Assembly (NCBI GenBank): GCA_036172245.1
Contig: JAYWIR010000004.1
Location: 5,022,001 to 5,086,000 of the forward strand
Source: Raillietiella orientalis
Taxonomy: Eukaryota
Reading direction: 5' to 3'
Length of the DNA stretch: 64,000 nt
Each line of letters opens with the position of its first letter. Positions within the stretch are counted from its first letter, which is position 1. The notes under the pieces are model-generated. The model searched no databases. It was given only the letters and a program-made list of their open reading frames with translations, and was not told where the DNA came from. Made by a program: the position numbers and the translations under genes. Below are positions 13,816 through 28,582 of this stretch, in pieces.

Positions 13816-14220
13816 TTAGATAAGTGATGTAGTTCTCTCCAATACGTTAAAAACAGACACTCGAATTGGAAGTGTGATACTTGAAAGAATCATTTTTGCT
13901 GCTTCTTTCCACATGGAAAGGCGAATCTCCGGCGTGCAGCCTAAATTTCGATTTACTTTGGAACTGCAAGCTTCACTTACCCGAAGAAAATTTCTGCACC
14001 GGCATTTCCTGTTGGTACTCCTGATTCTTCGGATTGTGAATGAACGTATTCGAAAGTGGCAACGGATAACATCAGGGATGAAAACTGCAAATCTCCGTCC
14101 TTCCAAATCATGAGCTGAATTAGTAAGGTTAGGCCAAAAGGCATCCAAGAGCTGCGCTGCCTGCCTGAATGTTCCCCATAGAAGAAGTCTCCATGGAGCT
14201 CTGGCTCCAGCACAGGGTTT
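13816..14220 (-). mobile_element. Decayed RTE-like LINE fragment
   Basis: Within the 195-aa ORF: RRFAVF (LRFADD) and GCTPEIRLSMWKEAAKMILSSITLPIRVSVFNVL (GC..EI.RRIAMAK.A..K...SITL..K.R.FN.L). Confidence 0.5.
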
Positions 14221-14832
14221 AAGATTCGAGATAAATAGATTTGGACGAGACTTTATGTAAGGCTGGTAATGCAGTCCGGACGTTTTTATACAACACGTTC
14301 CATGCGAGTGTTCGCAGAAATTTCGAATGCAACTGTTTACCTGCTGTTGGCCTATTTTCTTAGTACCGAGTACCCTATAAGATTTATGGAACTTTCGAGA
14401 CACAATGCTTACGACTGTGATGTGCAGCTTGTAATATGTTTTGCAGAAATTTAATAGCCGCTGAGTTTTGCCTCAAGTCGCGTGCCTAATGAGTGTGTGT
14501 GTTTTAAAAAAAAATGCTCTCTAATGATACCGCAGGACTGAAGGTGTGCGTATTTCAGTTATAAAGACGAAGTGATCCGGTAGCCGTCAGGAAAACACAC
14601 ACACACACACATTCTCAGAGTTGGAGCGATAATTGGTTGAAGCCATGAGAAAAATAGATTTCCTGAGCATGTTTTTTCGTGAGATCACATATGGGGGTAT
14701 CGTAAAGTGGAGATGGAGTGCCCAGTGACAAGAAAAAGAATACTTCCACGATTTTCGAATCATTTGGAACAAAAAAAAACTGGACAATAGGCACTCAATG
14801 TACACCCGACAGTCTGGGATGTTTCCCAAGTA

Positions 14833-15070
14833 TCCATCTTTTGGACTGCATCCTTTAGAACCAGTTCTTGGCCCATAGCAATAAGCTATTCTTTTCCCTT
14901 GTGGCCATAAGGTTGATCCTTGCGACTCCATGAACTTGTCCATGGTGACCACAGGCAGGTAACTGTTCAAGGGTTCCACCAGGCAGTGGGTGTCAAAAGG
15001 AACCTGCACGAGAGTTTCCTTTTCCAGGGTGATATTCAAACCAAGGGGGTATTACCAGAGTACGGTTATT
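14833..15070 (-). pseudogene. POFUT1: Truncated, frameshifted fragment of protein O-fucosyltransferase 1
   Basis: Minus strand reads NNRTLVIPPWFEYHPGKGNS [+1 nt at ~15010] VQVPFDTHCLVEPLNSYLPVVTMDKFMESQGSTLWPQGKRIAYCYGPRTGSKGCSPKDG, matching POFUT1/Ofut1 LNRTLxxPPWxEY...QVPF..YF.VEPL..Y..VITM..FM......WP...R...CY.....C..KDG. The expected NPFGPFW is absent and no splice sites flank it. Confidence 0.85.
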
Positions 15071-15809
15071 AAAAATGAAGAAAAGATGAAGAAAAGGCAG
15101 TTCCTCTTTCCTCGGATTGGATTTTGAAGGCTCGTCGCCGTTCCTGCCTGTTCGGAGAGTTTGAAGTTGCCAATGCTGCTGCTAACGCGGCACGCCTTTC
15201 ACCAGAAGGTGTACGTTTCTGGAACCGAACAGCTCAGGATTTTTGTCCCCTTAAGAGATCTTTCCGCAGAATACGCACACGCAACTCCTTTTGCGAATCG
15301 CCGAAAGCACCAGGCAACAAGGGCGGTGCATGCATCTGCATCCTCGAGTGATGAATTTTGGGATCGAATGGTGCGATTCTTGTCCATCGGATTCAAAACA
15401 TGCCAGGACATTGGGAGGGGGAGGGGACCGTACACTTGATGCAATTCTTTGAAACAGGACGACGAGGGAAGTGGCTAATGGAAAACTTCTTGGTGCTGCC
15501 CTGAAAGTGTCCCGGCGTTCATTTCGTGATCTTTGTCAAAGAATTGCTTAACGGCGAAGCGGGATTCCGCCGTTATCCCGGGACGTGCCTCTGCCGCCAA
15601 CTTTTTCGAAAACCGGCGACCGAAAAAATGAAAGAAAAAGCCGCAAAAAAAAAAAAAAAAAAAAACGGAGAAAGGAATGAAAAGAGGGAAAGAAAAAAAA
15701 AAGATTTTTTTTTTTTTTCTTTCCCTCTTCTCCCAAAGGTAAGTCGTAGAGGGGCGCAGAGAGGATCGCGGGGGGATGCCGTCGTCGCCTAGACGTTAGC
15801 ACACACCGC

Positions 15810-15829
15810 GCGGCGGCGGCGGCGGCGGC
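15810..15829. repeat. (GGC)n tract in the CpG-rich Smad2/3 5' region
   Basis: gcggcggcggcggcggcggc, ~230 nt upstream of the Smad ATG. Confidence 0.8.
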
Positions 15830-16051
15830 CTTTTGTTCCTACGTAAGACCGAACCACACCACACATGCAAAGTCGTAAACTTACGGGATGACCTTGAAAG
15901 TGGATGCTCTGTGCAAACTGGGTTAGCGACAAAGGTTTAGTGCCTTACTTAGTTACAAGATGGCTGTACGTGAATATTCGGAACGAGAGCAATGCATCTT
16001 GCTTTTATCCGCGAGGATGATTCCATGTGAATATTCATTATTGGTCGAATA

Positions 16052-17974
<1,923 letters not shown>

Positions 17975-19537
17975 GATCATGTTATCAGTGGTTTATATTC
18001 TGTGACCTCATTTACAATGATACCGGTTTTAGATTATAAGTTACATTATGATATACAATTTTCTTATTGTAATTATTGGATTGAGGTATCAGACATAAAT
18101 GTATTGCATGTCTAATAGCATTCTTATTTTTTGTCTTTAGTTCATTGTGTTGTTTCAATTATTTAATGGTGCTAATTATAGTTCAAAAGTTTTTATTGAT
18201 GCAAAATTCAAATTTTTTCGTGGAAGTTGGATTGATTAAACTTATATTAGATTCTAAAAGGAAAATCCATGCCTTTATTCACCAATGCCATCAGTAATGG
18301 TGAAGATCCTTGGATTTAATTTTACCTTTTATGATGAATTTTCACGATTTTGCATTGTAATTCGCAGGTTTGTGAATGCTTGAATTCAGATTTGAACTTT
18401 CATTCAAATGTGCTTAAGTGAATTATCAAACGGAAATATTGTACATAAATAAAATGCCTTTGTGTGTGCTTTTATATCGTATTTATGGGCTTCAAATTTT
18501 TCTACTAACTTATATAATGAAGTTAAAATGTAAAGTGAGGTTCCATTGTATCCTATAAACCAGATTATTAGCACTTTTGAAACATTTGAATTACCATTGA
18601 GGTATGTGTAGAGTTGTTTTAGTCAATTAAAAATCCAGCGCAGACAATCATCTAGAAGTTTAAAACATAATCATTGTTTGTGAATCAGAATGCAACTGCA
18701 TTAACTTGATGTACTGTTCATCTTTCCATGAAAATTCACTTCTATGTAGGGTAACTTATTTATTTCAGGATTTTCCACTAGCTAGAGAATACTTCATTAA
18801 TCCCCCCCCCCTTTTTTTTTTCTGTCAATTCTTCATGAAAGCGCGAATTCCTTTTTTAGTTACATCATGTGTCTTGGAAACTGGAGAATGATCACTTGAG
18901 TATAAGTGGTTGTTTTCTTATTTTTCCATTGTGTGAATTGCCTGCAGGTTCACCATATGTAACTTCGTGGGAAAGGAATTTATGCACCTAGTCGAGCGCC
19001 CCCTTTTTTTTTTTTTTTTTGTTGCTCCTTTTTTTTTCATCGTTTTATTTTATCATTTATTTTTTTTCACTCTTCTCAGTATGCAGGCACCTAGTAACTT
19101 TTTGGAAACGTCAAAAAATTCCGTACGAAAACCATGTTATACGATCCATTCCCAATATTATTTTTATTCGTTAGTTGCAGAATGAAAACTGTGTTAAGGT
19201 GTGCATCACATAGATATCACAAATACTGTGCATGTAATGATAAAATATAAAATGTAATTTATTGTAATTTATTCCTTAGTGGATTTATAGCATGTTATTC
19301 CTGTGTACATATTGTATTTTGAATTTCTGTGTTGTATCTATATTAAGGGATTTTTATATTTTATCGTTGTGATATATTTTTTTAATTTTGCAATTTTATA
19401 TATCAAGTGTAAATTTGAAACATTTCTAAGTGTAAGTATTACCGACATCCTTCCCATATTTGCTTGATACTTTTTTTTTTTTTTTTGTTTTAAAGATATC
19501 TTTACTGATCACTTAATTTAGTGTTTGATGTTACATC

Positions 19538-19543
19538 AATAAA
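19538..19543 (+). promoter_or_regulatory. Probable distal poly(A) signal of Smad2/3 (proximal alternative at 18448-18453)
   Basis: AATAAA at the end of the AT-rich 1.55 kb tract following the stop; composition changes abruptly just downstream. Confidence 0.5.
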
Positions 19544-19789
19544 ATTTCATAGAATGCTTTTAACCAGTCTGTTCATTCACCGAGTGCGTGGCACCTGATT
19601 CGCCTGAAGAGTGATGATGACGATGATCCATGACTGATAAAGGAATCCCGGCGCCGCAGGATTACCATGAATAGTCGTCCCGCCGTGGGTGCTTAATTTT
19701 GATTTATCATCTCCGTATCGACAGCGTGTTGTCAGTCATTTTCCTCAGGGAAAATGACGTACTTTGCCAGTGCTCCAAGTTATTTTTAC

Positions 19790-20130
19790 CCTGGCTCGTG
19801 TTTACCTGCGAGAATTTCTCGCCCATTTCGCCACCAGATCGAATTGGACCATCAATTGAGGTCGGCCCCGCGTCTTGTGCACTTGTCTTTACACGTGTAC
19901 CGAATGGGATAGCACAGGCCACACCTAGCAAGAGGATGCTCTCGGAAGCCGACTTGCCCCGGAGCACGGCAAGAAGCTCCCTTTGGTTCTCGCGGTCGTG
20001 GCTTCCGCGTGCCAGCATCTGATGACTGCGCAGCCCCTCCCGCGCGCCGGGTAGTGGCACCCAACGGAGTGTGCCTCCACGGTGCACCTCAAGACTTGTC
20101 GGTTCTTGCTGACCCATGCCGTGCTCGAGG
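19790..20130 (+). mobile_element. Decayed RTE-like RT fragment
   Basis: In expected order: TCENFSPISP (C.NYRPISL), LVFTRV (KVFTRV), KRMLSEA...RSTA (RILPESQ.GFR..RST), VHLKT (VDLKKAFD). Confidence 0.5.
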
Positions 20131-20989
20131 CAACCCAGCCTTGCGCTGTTGCGTCCGCACGTGTTGATGGCTTGCGGTCGAAGCACACGCGTGTTTGTTT
20201 ACAAGAGCGGCATGGCGGTTGCACCATGTCTTTCGCAATCACCTTACCAGCACTGCTGATATCGTTCAGTGTGTCAAAATCGGCTCATTTGCTGTGGGTC
20301 CTTTGCAATCGTTTGTGGTGCCTTAATTTTATTACCCACGCGTGCACCTTTTTCTTTCTTTCTTTTTTTTGCATCACATCGCTTGATTTTGTGTGGGCGC
20401 GTGGCTGGTATGTAACGATTTGCGGTTAATGCAGAAGCGCAGAGTGCTTATCTTCCCAGATGATGGTAATGAGGAAGACATTTCAGTTTCCATTTTCAAT
20501 GGTTTCACGGGTCTGCTGTCCGCAGCACGACGGATTCGACTCGCATCACGTGAATGGCAATCGCGACTCCTTTTCTTTCCGCCTTAACGGACTGGGCATA
20601 GTCTATATAGCTTTCAAAGGAATTCCTTGTGAAGATAAAGTATCCGATTGCAAAAGCGTTTAAACTTTTTCTTCCTTGAAAAAAGATCTTAGCGTCTTGT
20701 AGCTTCGGAGGCTGCAAGTTTTCAGTTCCGTAGTGTTGCTGTGCGTGTCCAGGAGCATAAAGACTTTGAGACCCGGAATTTAGAGAGTTCGAACAAAATG
20801 GGAAGGAAAGGAAAAAAAAATGGAAAAGATCATATAAAAGAAAATTTCACTGCTATGATATCCCAGTTACACGCGCACGCACACACAAAAGGAATATCTG
20901 AATGAAACAGTGGTGAGACAGAATCAGTTTTCCTGGGTAAATAAAGTGCTTTTTCGCTGGAGTAAACCCTTTTATTCCAGTGGATTTAT

Positions 20990-21620
20990 AGCTGGATAGC
21001 GATTTCAGAGACATTCAGTATTCTTAGGAGGCAGTCTCCATTCCTGTCCGAAAGCCACTGCAAGAATTCAGCCTTACCAAAATCCTTCAGCGAAGACGCC
21101 GACTTTGGAGATACACAAAACGTTCGTACGCGTGTACTGCGGGTTTTGCTCTTGTTTAAAAGTGTATAGCTGCGCCACAGAATCATGTTTGGGGCCATTT
21201 TGCCGTCACTACCTTTGACGTGCAAAGTTTGTTTCGTGACCCACCGTTTGTGCTGTCCTAGGTCTTCATCCTCCCCCCCCCCCCCCACATTTTCTGAGAC
21301 TAGCGCTGTGCTGCTGTGTCCAAGAAAACGAAAGTGATTCCTTGGGCGAGTCGTGGCATTCGAAAATCAGCTTTCCTGAAAGCTCTTTGTAGCAATTTTC
21401 GATCACCCGCTAAGAGTAGCTGAGATACGGCTTGCAAGTTTTTCAAGACTCCACAGCCTGACTGCTTGAGCACAACCACATTGCACATTTCCTTAAGCTC
21501 TGCCTCGATATTACTGTCTGCTTCTACATTTTGGATTTCAAGTACCAAAGAGCTTTCTGGGAACTGAAGCATCTCGTTGTGCATTCCATTTGCATTTCGG
21601 AATCCCCGCAGAACGTCGCT
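20990..21620 (-). mobile_element. Decayed RTE LINE, RT core to C-terminal region
   Basis: RGFRNANGMHNEMLQFPESSLVL (GI.ING...HLQFADDLVL), EAELKEMCN (EEELQEMLN), GCGVLKNL (GLKINL), TFVFLDT (FVYLGS), LWRSYTLLNKSKTR..TFCVSP (IWRS..LS.KTKIR..NTCVLP), CLLRILNVS (CLRRILNIS). Confidence 0.65.
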
Positions 21621-22139
21621 CGTCTCGTTGCCACGGCATGCGGTCTTGCTATCGAGACTCAGCTTTGCTCTTTTCTGGGTCCTCTTTCTTTTTTTCTCTT
21701 TTCGGTGTGTGCTTCGCTTTTCAATCATCTGTTTGCAGTTTCCGGGGTACGCATTCGCGTGGGGCCCACTTCCAACCAGTCTCTTAGTTCCCCTTCTGGA
21801 AGTATTCTCAAAGATCAGCGGTGCTTCGTTGTCTAGGTGCTTCTTGCAATGGAAAAAAGTTCAAGGAAAATAACTGCTTTCAAAAAATGGACCTCCGGAA
21901 CAAAGGTAACTTTGTAGGAATTTGGTTTTTTTTTTTTTTTTTCTTCACGTTTTTCGATCGGTGGTGCATAATTTTTTTTTTTTTTGTATCTATATAGAAA
22001 TTTGTCTGCATCTATACTTTGTCGCGATGAATTCTGCTCCTTTCTTTCTAACGGATTTGGAATTTTTTGTTTTTTTTTTTTCACTTGTCGAATGTCAAAC
22101 TGCTATTCGTGGTGTTAATTTTGGAATGCTGTCTGGTCA

Positions 22140-22520
22140 AGCGATTGGCTATGTATCCTTTCTTCCAGCTGATTCAGGAGAATGCAAAGTTGGTTGTGGA
22201 AACTACCAAGCGTTATTGAAACCTGCATCGCTTGACACTGAGGTCCTTTGTACATTGGAATGTTTCTATTTGAGAGGAGGAGGAAATAAATACGTTTCCG
22301 TAGTTACGTTTGCACGTTAGAATTGCTCTTATTGTGTAGTGGGCCTTTCCATGCACAACGGTATTTGAAGTGCGGTGTCATTCCTTCGTAAGCGGAGGCA
22401 CAACTTGAAGAATTTCATTATGCGTAAAAAGGCTTTCTTCTTGTTGCACAAGCAGTGGGTTTTTCTCCCAAGAAGATTTATAGAAACCATTGTGAAAAGA
22501 CTTTTGAGAAATGCGCGTTT
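22140..22520 (+). mobile_element. Decayed RTE-like RT fragment
   Basis: GECKVGCGNYQAL (GD..DCGNYR.I), NFIMR (IFILR), EKTFE (EKAFD) at ~22494-22508. Confidence 0.45.
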
Positions 22521-23529
22521 AATCCCCTAGAATTCTAGGAACTAAATTTAGTGGAAATGATTAATCGCCTGGGACGAGAGATGCTCAGGAAATGCACTTG
22601 TAAAGGCTGGCTACTTGGCCTTTTTCGATAGTTTTTCAGCGCAGCCACAGAAGGCCTCACGTCTCCGATACTTTGAAAAATAATAATAAAAGACAAAGTC
22701 ATTTTTTTTTTTTAAAAAAAATCGAGTCAAAGGTGTACATCCACGATACTGTACAAAGAACTAGCTACCTAATCGAAACACTGTGTGTGTGTGTGTGTGT
22801 GTGTTTTTTTTTTTTCTTTTTTGGCTAATTCTCTTTAGTATGTAGTTATTTCGTATGCAACTCGGCATATGCATTCATAATATCCATTAAGCTCTGCCAT
22901 GTACTGTCCTGTGATTTAAGATAACGCTGTTTCTAAAAGAATCACCATTCATCCATTCCAACAACTCCGTTTTTTGTGTTAGCCGCCTCCAAATTCGTGG
23001 TGCACAAAAGTATGGAAGTCTGGAACCATTGGTGGCCGATCCTCGACAGTTCATTACAGTTCAGCATCGTTTCAAACTAAATACGGATTTTGGCTTACGA
23101 AGGATGAGCAGCCCTTGTATCTAGTTACCAGGTGATTAAAAAGAGGACTCGTGCGCGGGTTGCAGCGAATCGTTGTTTCATCTTTTCGATCTTCACTTTC
23201 TCTCTCGGCATGAGAAGATTGATTGTCCAAGCGCGGAACTATATGGAACACCAAGATTAGTCGGGCACACCTTAATGCGCTGTTCGCAAAGGTCAAACAG
23301 GCAAGTGTCACCGATCCGATCGTGAAGCCGTTTGCTGTGCCAGCTGCAATATGCTAATTCTATACATTCAACCGTTCCTACTCTGCCTTGAGTTCGTGCG
23401 GGAGATTCAGCCGGACGCGGGGCAGAAACTGCGAGGCGAGGCTTCTGGTTTGACAGAGCACTCGGGCGCAGCTCCCTATCTAATCCGTCGCGCTTCCGGG
23501 CACGGTGTATTCCAGATATCCGGATTTGT

Positions 23530-23810
23530 TATCAGCAGCCCACGACAACAAGCAGCCATTTCGATTTCTGGGGATATCCGATCTGGCTCCCAAACCTATC
23601 TAGCTCTGCGATGCCTGCTTCACCGCTGTGTATTCTCGAAAGTCTTTCTCCCCTTCCAAGATTTGAATGATGAGTTTAGAAACCCAGATAAATTCATGAG
23701 GGCTTCGAGGTCGTATGCACGTAATACAAATTTCCCGAAGGCGCTTCACTTTAAAGGAGCAACCGGGGCAGACTCTGGGAAAATGCAATTTTCAAGAGGG
23801 GGAGGAAGGA
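23530..23810 (+). mobile_element. Decayed RTE-like RT fragment
   Basis: In ORF 23351-23887: PRQQAA...IRSG (PEEQAGFRSG), YLALRCLLHRC..KVFLPFQDLNDEF (IFALRQLLEKC....LF..F.DL.KAF), MQFSRG. Confidence 0.5.
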
Positions 23811-24129
23811 GGTTATTTAGAAGGGTCAACAGGGAGTTCAACCAAAGGATTCATGCGAGGAGAACCCCGGAACGCGTGAAAGCTTAAATTGGTGTAGTCC
23901 ACCTCACGCGAGCCTCTGAGACGTTTTCTCTTAGCTGGAAACCCATTTTTAAGCTCATCTTTCCTAGCTATTGACTCTTGAACGACGCACCGATCCGAAA
24001 ATAATGTAGCAACGAAATCGTGTATTAGAGTTCTTTTAGCATTTCTGGAGGGAGAAACACAAAAGCAGTGTCAAAGTAGCACTGTCAGAGAGGCATTTGA
24101 AAGGCATCGCCTTCGAGAAGCTGTCTGAA

Positions 24130-25100
24130 GAACCGACCTGAAGGTTGCCTTTTCGTCATCAACCGTTTCGTAATCTTGGGGTAACTTTTCTCAAGAGAGC
24201 GCAGTTCGTAGAGAGATGTGCTCGTGCTCAACGACGTCCCAACTGCCTTGAACCTCAGTTGTGATGACAGTACTTTTTTTAGTTGTCATCTCAAGGAGCT
24301 TTACAGAAATTTCCAGTTTTCCGTTTCTGTTGGAGAGTTTCTGGAGGTTGCAAATGCAAGTATCTTCGATTTTAGAGCGGTTTTGCAACTTTGATTTTTT
24401 TTTTTTTTTTAAGGAAGATAGAAAGTGTCTGAACTAAACGTTGCTCGTGAATGGTTGGTCGTGAATTCCTCGAGAAGAAGCACAGCTGACGGGACAGGCA
24501 GTCGGCATTTTTGCTCCACAGCTTAGCTTCTATTATGAATTCTATTATTATTACACCGTCACATGTACACGTGGAGCTATATAATATATATATGTCTTTT
24601 CATTTACACATCGCATTCCTGTTGGCATATAGTTTTCCTCGCCATCTTCGCCATCTTTGTTGAACTTGGCAAAATTCCACCAACAAAAACAATAAAACTG
24701 TCAGGTGAGTGTGCAAGAGCGGATCGTGAGAGCTGCATTTTTGTTCTTTAAGTAACACGTCAGTGCACGCTTGCAGGCCTGGTGCAGCTACGATTGCCGA
24801 TGAGCCTTTTCGTCACCTTCTTTCCCCTTTTGGTAACCCAGAGGTTCTCAGTTCCAATCGTTTGCCTTTTCCATTTCTCCAGTTGCAGTTCGTGGAAGCT
24901 CATTTTGTTCCAGCACTTTTGAAGAGCACGGTGACCTGGAAAAGGTTTCGAAGACCTCAGCATTCCATCAGGCCAAGCAGGGAAGGACAGTTCTCCACAT
25001 TTGTGCGCCCATCTTCACTCATAAACAGTTGTTGTGTAGGGAGTTTTTCAAGTGGCCTTGAGCATCGACTGAATGATTTTTCAGAATTGCATCTCACAGC
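24130..25100 (-). mobile_element. Decayed RTE-like LINE (two pieces, or two copies)
   Basis: NSEKSFSRCSR (DFEKAFDRVSR) ~25080; SKPFPGHRAL (SEPFPV.RGL) ~24940; then NLQKLSNR...LEMTTKKSTVITT...DVVEH..SLRTALS...KITKRL (LQ.LL.R...LEIN.KKTKVM...EVV..F.YLGS.LS...EI.KRI) at 24130-24390. Confidence 0.5.
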
Positions 25101-25899
25101 GGTTTTTTTGCTTTTCCTTTTCGTCTTCCGTTCTTGCCACCCTTGAATTAGAAAAGAGTTTTCGTTCTTCCCTCCCTCCCCGTTTCTTGCTTCCAGTACG
25201 CTCTTTTCTTTCGTTTCTTTCTTTCTTTCCATTTCTATCCAACCTTTCGAAAAAAAATCCAAGCTTTTCTTGGAAAAAAGAAAAAAAAAATGTGTACATT
25301 TTTCACGGATGGGGCATGTTTCCACGAGCAAACGGATCGGTCGGCTCCCAAACGTACCCAAGAAATGTCGGAAGGATGGTGGCAATCACTGTGCGAAGCA
25401 AGCAGTGTTCCCAGCATTCGCCGCGTGTACACGAGGGATGCTGCAAACACTCACGATTTGATTTCCGTGAACGTTTCGAGTTGGCGTTCTATTATTAGCA
25501 TTTCGACAATTGCAGGGGTGCCCGTTTCGTCGCTTCGCACAAACCCAACAATCACCGCCATGTTCCCACTTGTCTCTTTAAAGTCATCATCTAAGTCTTT
25601 GCTTGCTGGAGCATCCTTTTAACACGAAACTTGCAAATTCTACACGAAGGAAGAAAAAGGAGATGAAGAGAAAGAATGGGGAGATGAAGAATAGGGAGAA
25701 TAGAGAGATGGCTGTAGGTCGGATTCGGGGCAAATCACTTTTCACTAGAGGTGTTTCGTGCTGCTCCCCTCGCACGCGCGAGCAGAGAAACGGTTTTTTT
25801 TTGGGTGGATTTAACTGATGTGATAATCATAGGCTAAATAATAAGGAAAAATGGGAGAGCGAGCTTTGTGCTTTGAGCCCTGAGGGATTCGTGATGGGT

Positions 25900-26340
25900 T
25901 GAGAAGAAATCGAGGGCAACGAAGGCAAGACTGGACAAATGGACAATCTGAGCTTCTGTTATTTCTATCGCAGAAAGTCTGTAGGAATAAGAATCGGCGG
26001 CTGTCAGCCCTTGTGTTCGATAAAAGGTTGAGGGAGGTAGGGGTGTTCCATACTCACCACTCTGTGCTGGGCGGAGTGCATCTGTGGCTAACTCCAGGTG
26101 TGGCAATTTCCAGGTGAATGGAACTCAAATCTCTTGGACTCGAAGAAAGGTGAAAAGCCTTTCCTCGATTGCAAGCTCCGTCCAGTTTCAGCGCGAGCAC
26201 CACAGTTCCAAGGTGTTTTTTTTCTTTTTTCCCCGATTCGTTTTCCAGTTTCAGGTTGTGGCATGCATCAGCTAATGCATTAGATCCGAAAGCGCGTGGT
26301 TCTCGTGGCAGCCGCCGACAGTGCATAGCGAACACGGAGG
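25900..26340 (-). mobile_element. Decayed RTE LINE fragment
   Basis: SVFAMHC (LLFADDC), NALADACHNLKLEN (DRFA.AC..FGL.I), IHLEIAT (ID.EI..R), TFYRTQGLT (KVYRAVVLT). Confidence 0.55.
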
Positions 26341-28582
26341 AAGAATTATGCGTTGGCATGGGGACCAGAGTGGAGGAGGAGACTGAAGAAGCTGGTGGAG
26401 GAGTTCGGAGATTCTCAGCGTGTGGTGCAGCAGCGCGTACGTTCCCAGGAAATTTTTCTTCAGGCGGCCTGGGCACGGAGTAAACACCTCTTTCTCCTTC
26501 CTCGCCTGCAATCGCTCGTGGCCGGGCGTGTAGGGGGGATGTTTCCTGCCTGCTTTTATCTTTTCGGATTTCTAAAGCTCATTCCTATATGCCTTCTAGC
26601 ATGGCTTTTTGGATTTGTTTTTTGTTTTTTTTTCCCCCCCACACAAAAAGAAAAGCAGTAGCAGCTTGGGACGAAGTAGATAAAGTTATCGCTAGAATAA
26701 CTTGGAGCAGCAGCCATTTTTTGTCCTGTTTCGAGGTGCATTCTTTTAACTATTGGTGCTTATCCATGCAGCTCTCCCCAAAGCAGCGATTCCGGTGGCA
26801 TTGAATTTACATTCTTTGTTTCAGCATCTTCGCTTCTTTCCATATTTGGGAGTCGGCGGAGGTTGGCGCACAGCTAGGACGAGCGACATCAAACGAGGTT
26901 TGGTTTGCGCCTCAAGTTTACTTGCTGAACATCCAGTTTTTCCCGAGCGCGCGCGCCTTCATTCAAGATTTTCCCCTCTTTCCTGAGTAGGCACCCCTCC
27001 CCGCTACCTGATCCGTCTCATTCTCTTTTTGTAGCTGTTGAGACGTAGCTGGGGATGAACAAGAGAAGCTCAAATCGTCGAGAACTTCAGGCCCGGAACA
27101 GCCAGACCTCGTGATTCGGACTCATTTCAGCACGTTTCTTTCCCGAGCTTTCATCAATGGACCACAGTGCTTGATGCTGGAAGTGCAGGAATGGAGGAGA
27201 TCTCCCGTCACGAACGAGACGACTGTCCCTTCTCCGTAGTACCGGATCACGAGGCTGTGGAGACCAGGGCGTTCAGTCAGGGCCCCCGGCTCGAGACCAA
27301 GCTACTAGTGCTTTCGTTCCGTGGTGAAGAGCTCAATGGAAAGAAACTGAGGTTGGGGGGAATGGCCGTGAGCGGAGTGTGAAGGGGCAGGGACTGAACT
27401 CGCTCTACCCTTTGGCGGGAACTTTGCCCACACCCTTGCGAGGAAGCCCAGCAGGCGTCGTTGGTGCGTGAGAACGCCTCATCCAACGCGAGCGGTCTGG
27501 TGTCAAACTCGCGAGACCGGAGGATGCCTCCATTAGGGGGACTTTAGGGGCTGGGCATCGGCTGTGAGCCGAACCGTTCTCTTGTCCCCTCTCTTCGAAC
27601 GCATCTCACACAGATGCATGCAGCAGCTACGTTCGGAAGAGGGAGAGAGGAAAAAACCACTCCAGCAAGCTGCTGACGTGGGCCGAGCTTGCGGCCGAGG
27701 CAGGTCTTTTGCCCGCAAGGTGAACGCGGTTCGCGAAAGGAACGAACCGCGCGGGCGTACTTGACTTGCTCCGGGCAAGAAAAAAGGGAACATCCCCCCC
27801 CCCTCTTCCCCCTCCTTCGAAAAGGCCACGCATCGACGTGAATCCGGGAGGACTGCCCGCCGCCGACTCGTTCGTCCGGTTCCCCTCCTCTTCGGCGACG
27901 CGGGGTTCACTTTCTCCTCTCGTGGATGCCTGCGTGCTTGTGAGCGTAGGCGCGCGAAAGGTGCGCAGCAGGTTCTCTGCGGCGAGCAGCAGCCCTTCAG
28001 TCGCGCTCCAACTCGCTCAACGCGCCGCCGAGCTTCCAAGAAGCCACGTAACTTTTGCGAGAGCCTTCGTCTCGAGCAGCGAGCAGGCGGCCAGCAGAAC
28101 GGCGGAGCCTGCAATAAAGACGGCTTTCCTTTCTACCCCTTTGCTGCCAGCCACGGCCTCAATGCCACCTGCGCGCAAAAAAATCATAAATTACGAGTAG
28201 CCCCACCCAACGCGAGATCGATGATGATCAGAGAAATTTTCAGTGATCATTCGTTTTTTGTTTCTCGTTTTTCTTCCAATAAAAAAATAAATTAAAAAAA
28301 AAAAAAAGAGGATTAGTGGGAGCACACAAATGGAAAAATAGTTTACACAACGGAATGCCTCGAGAGTTTCTCGCCTCAGCACCGGTCTTCACTCTTCGAC
28401 GCAGCTTCCCGACGGAAACATCCAACAAGCACATTCTCTTGTCGTGCCAACGTTCACCTCGCCGCTGAATGAGCCCGGACTTCTGAAAAGCATCGAAGGT
28501 TCTCCTACTGAGAGACTGGGCCCAATGCTGGAAGAGATTATTCAGTAGCCGGCCAAGTCGGGCTCACACTCATGCGTCCGGC

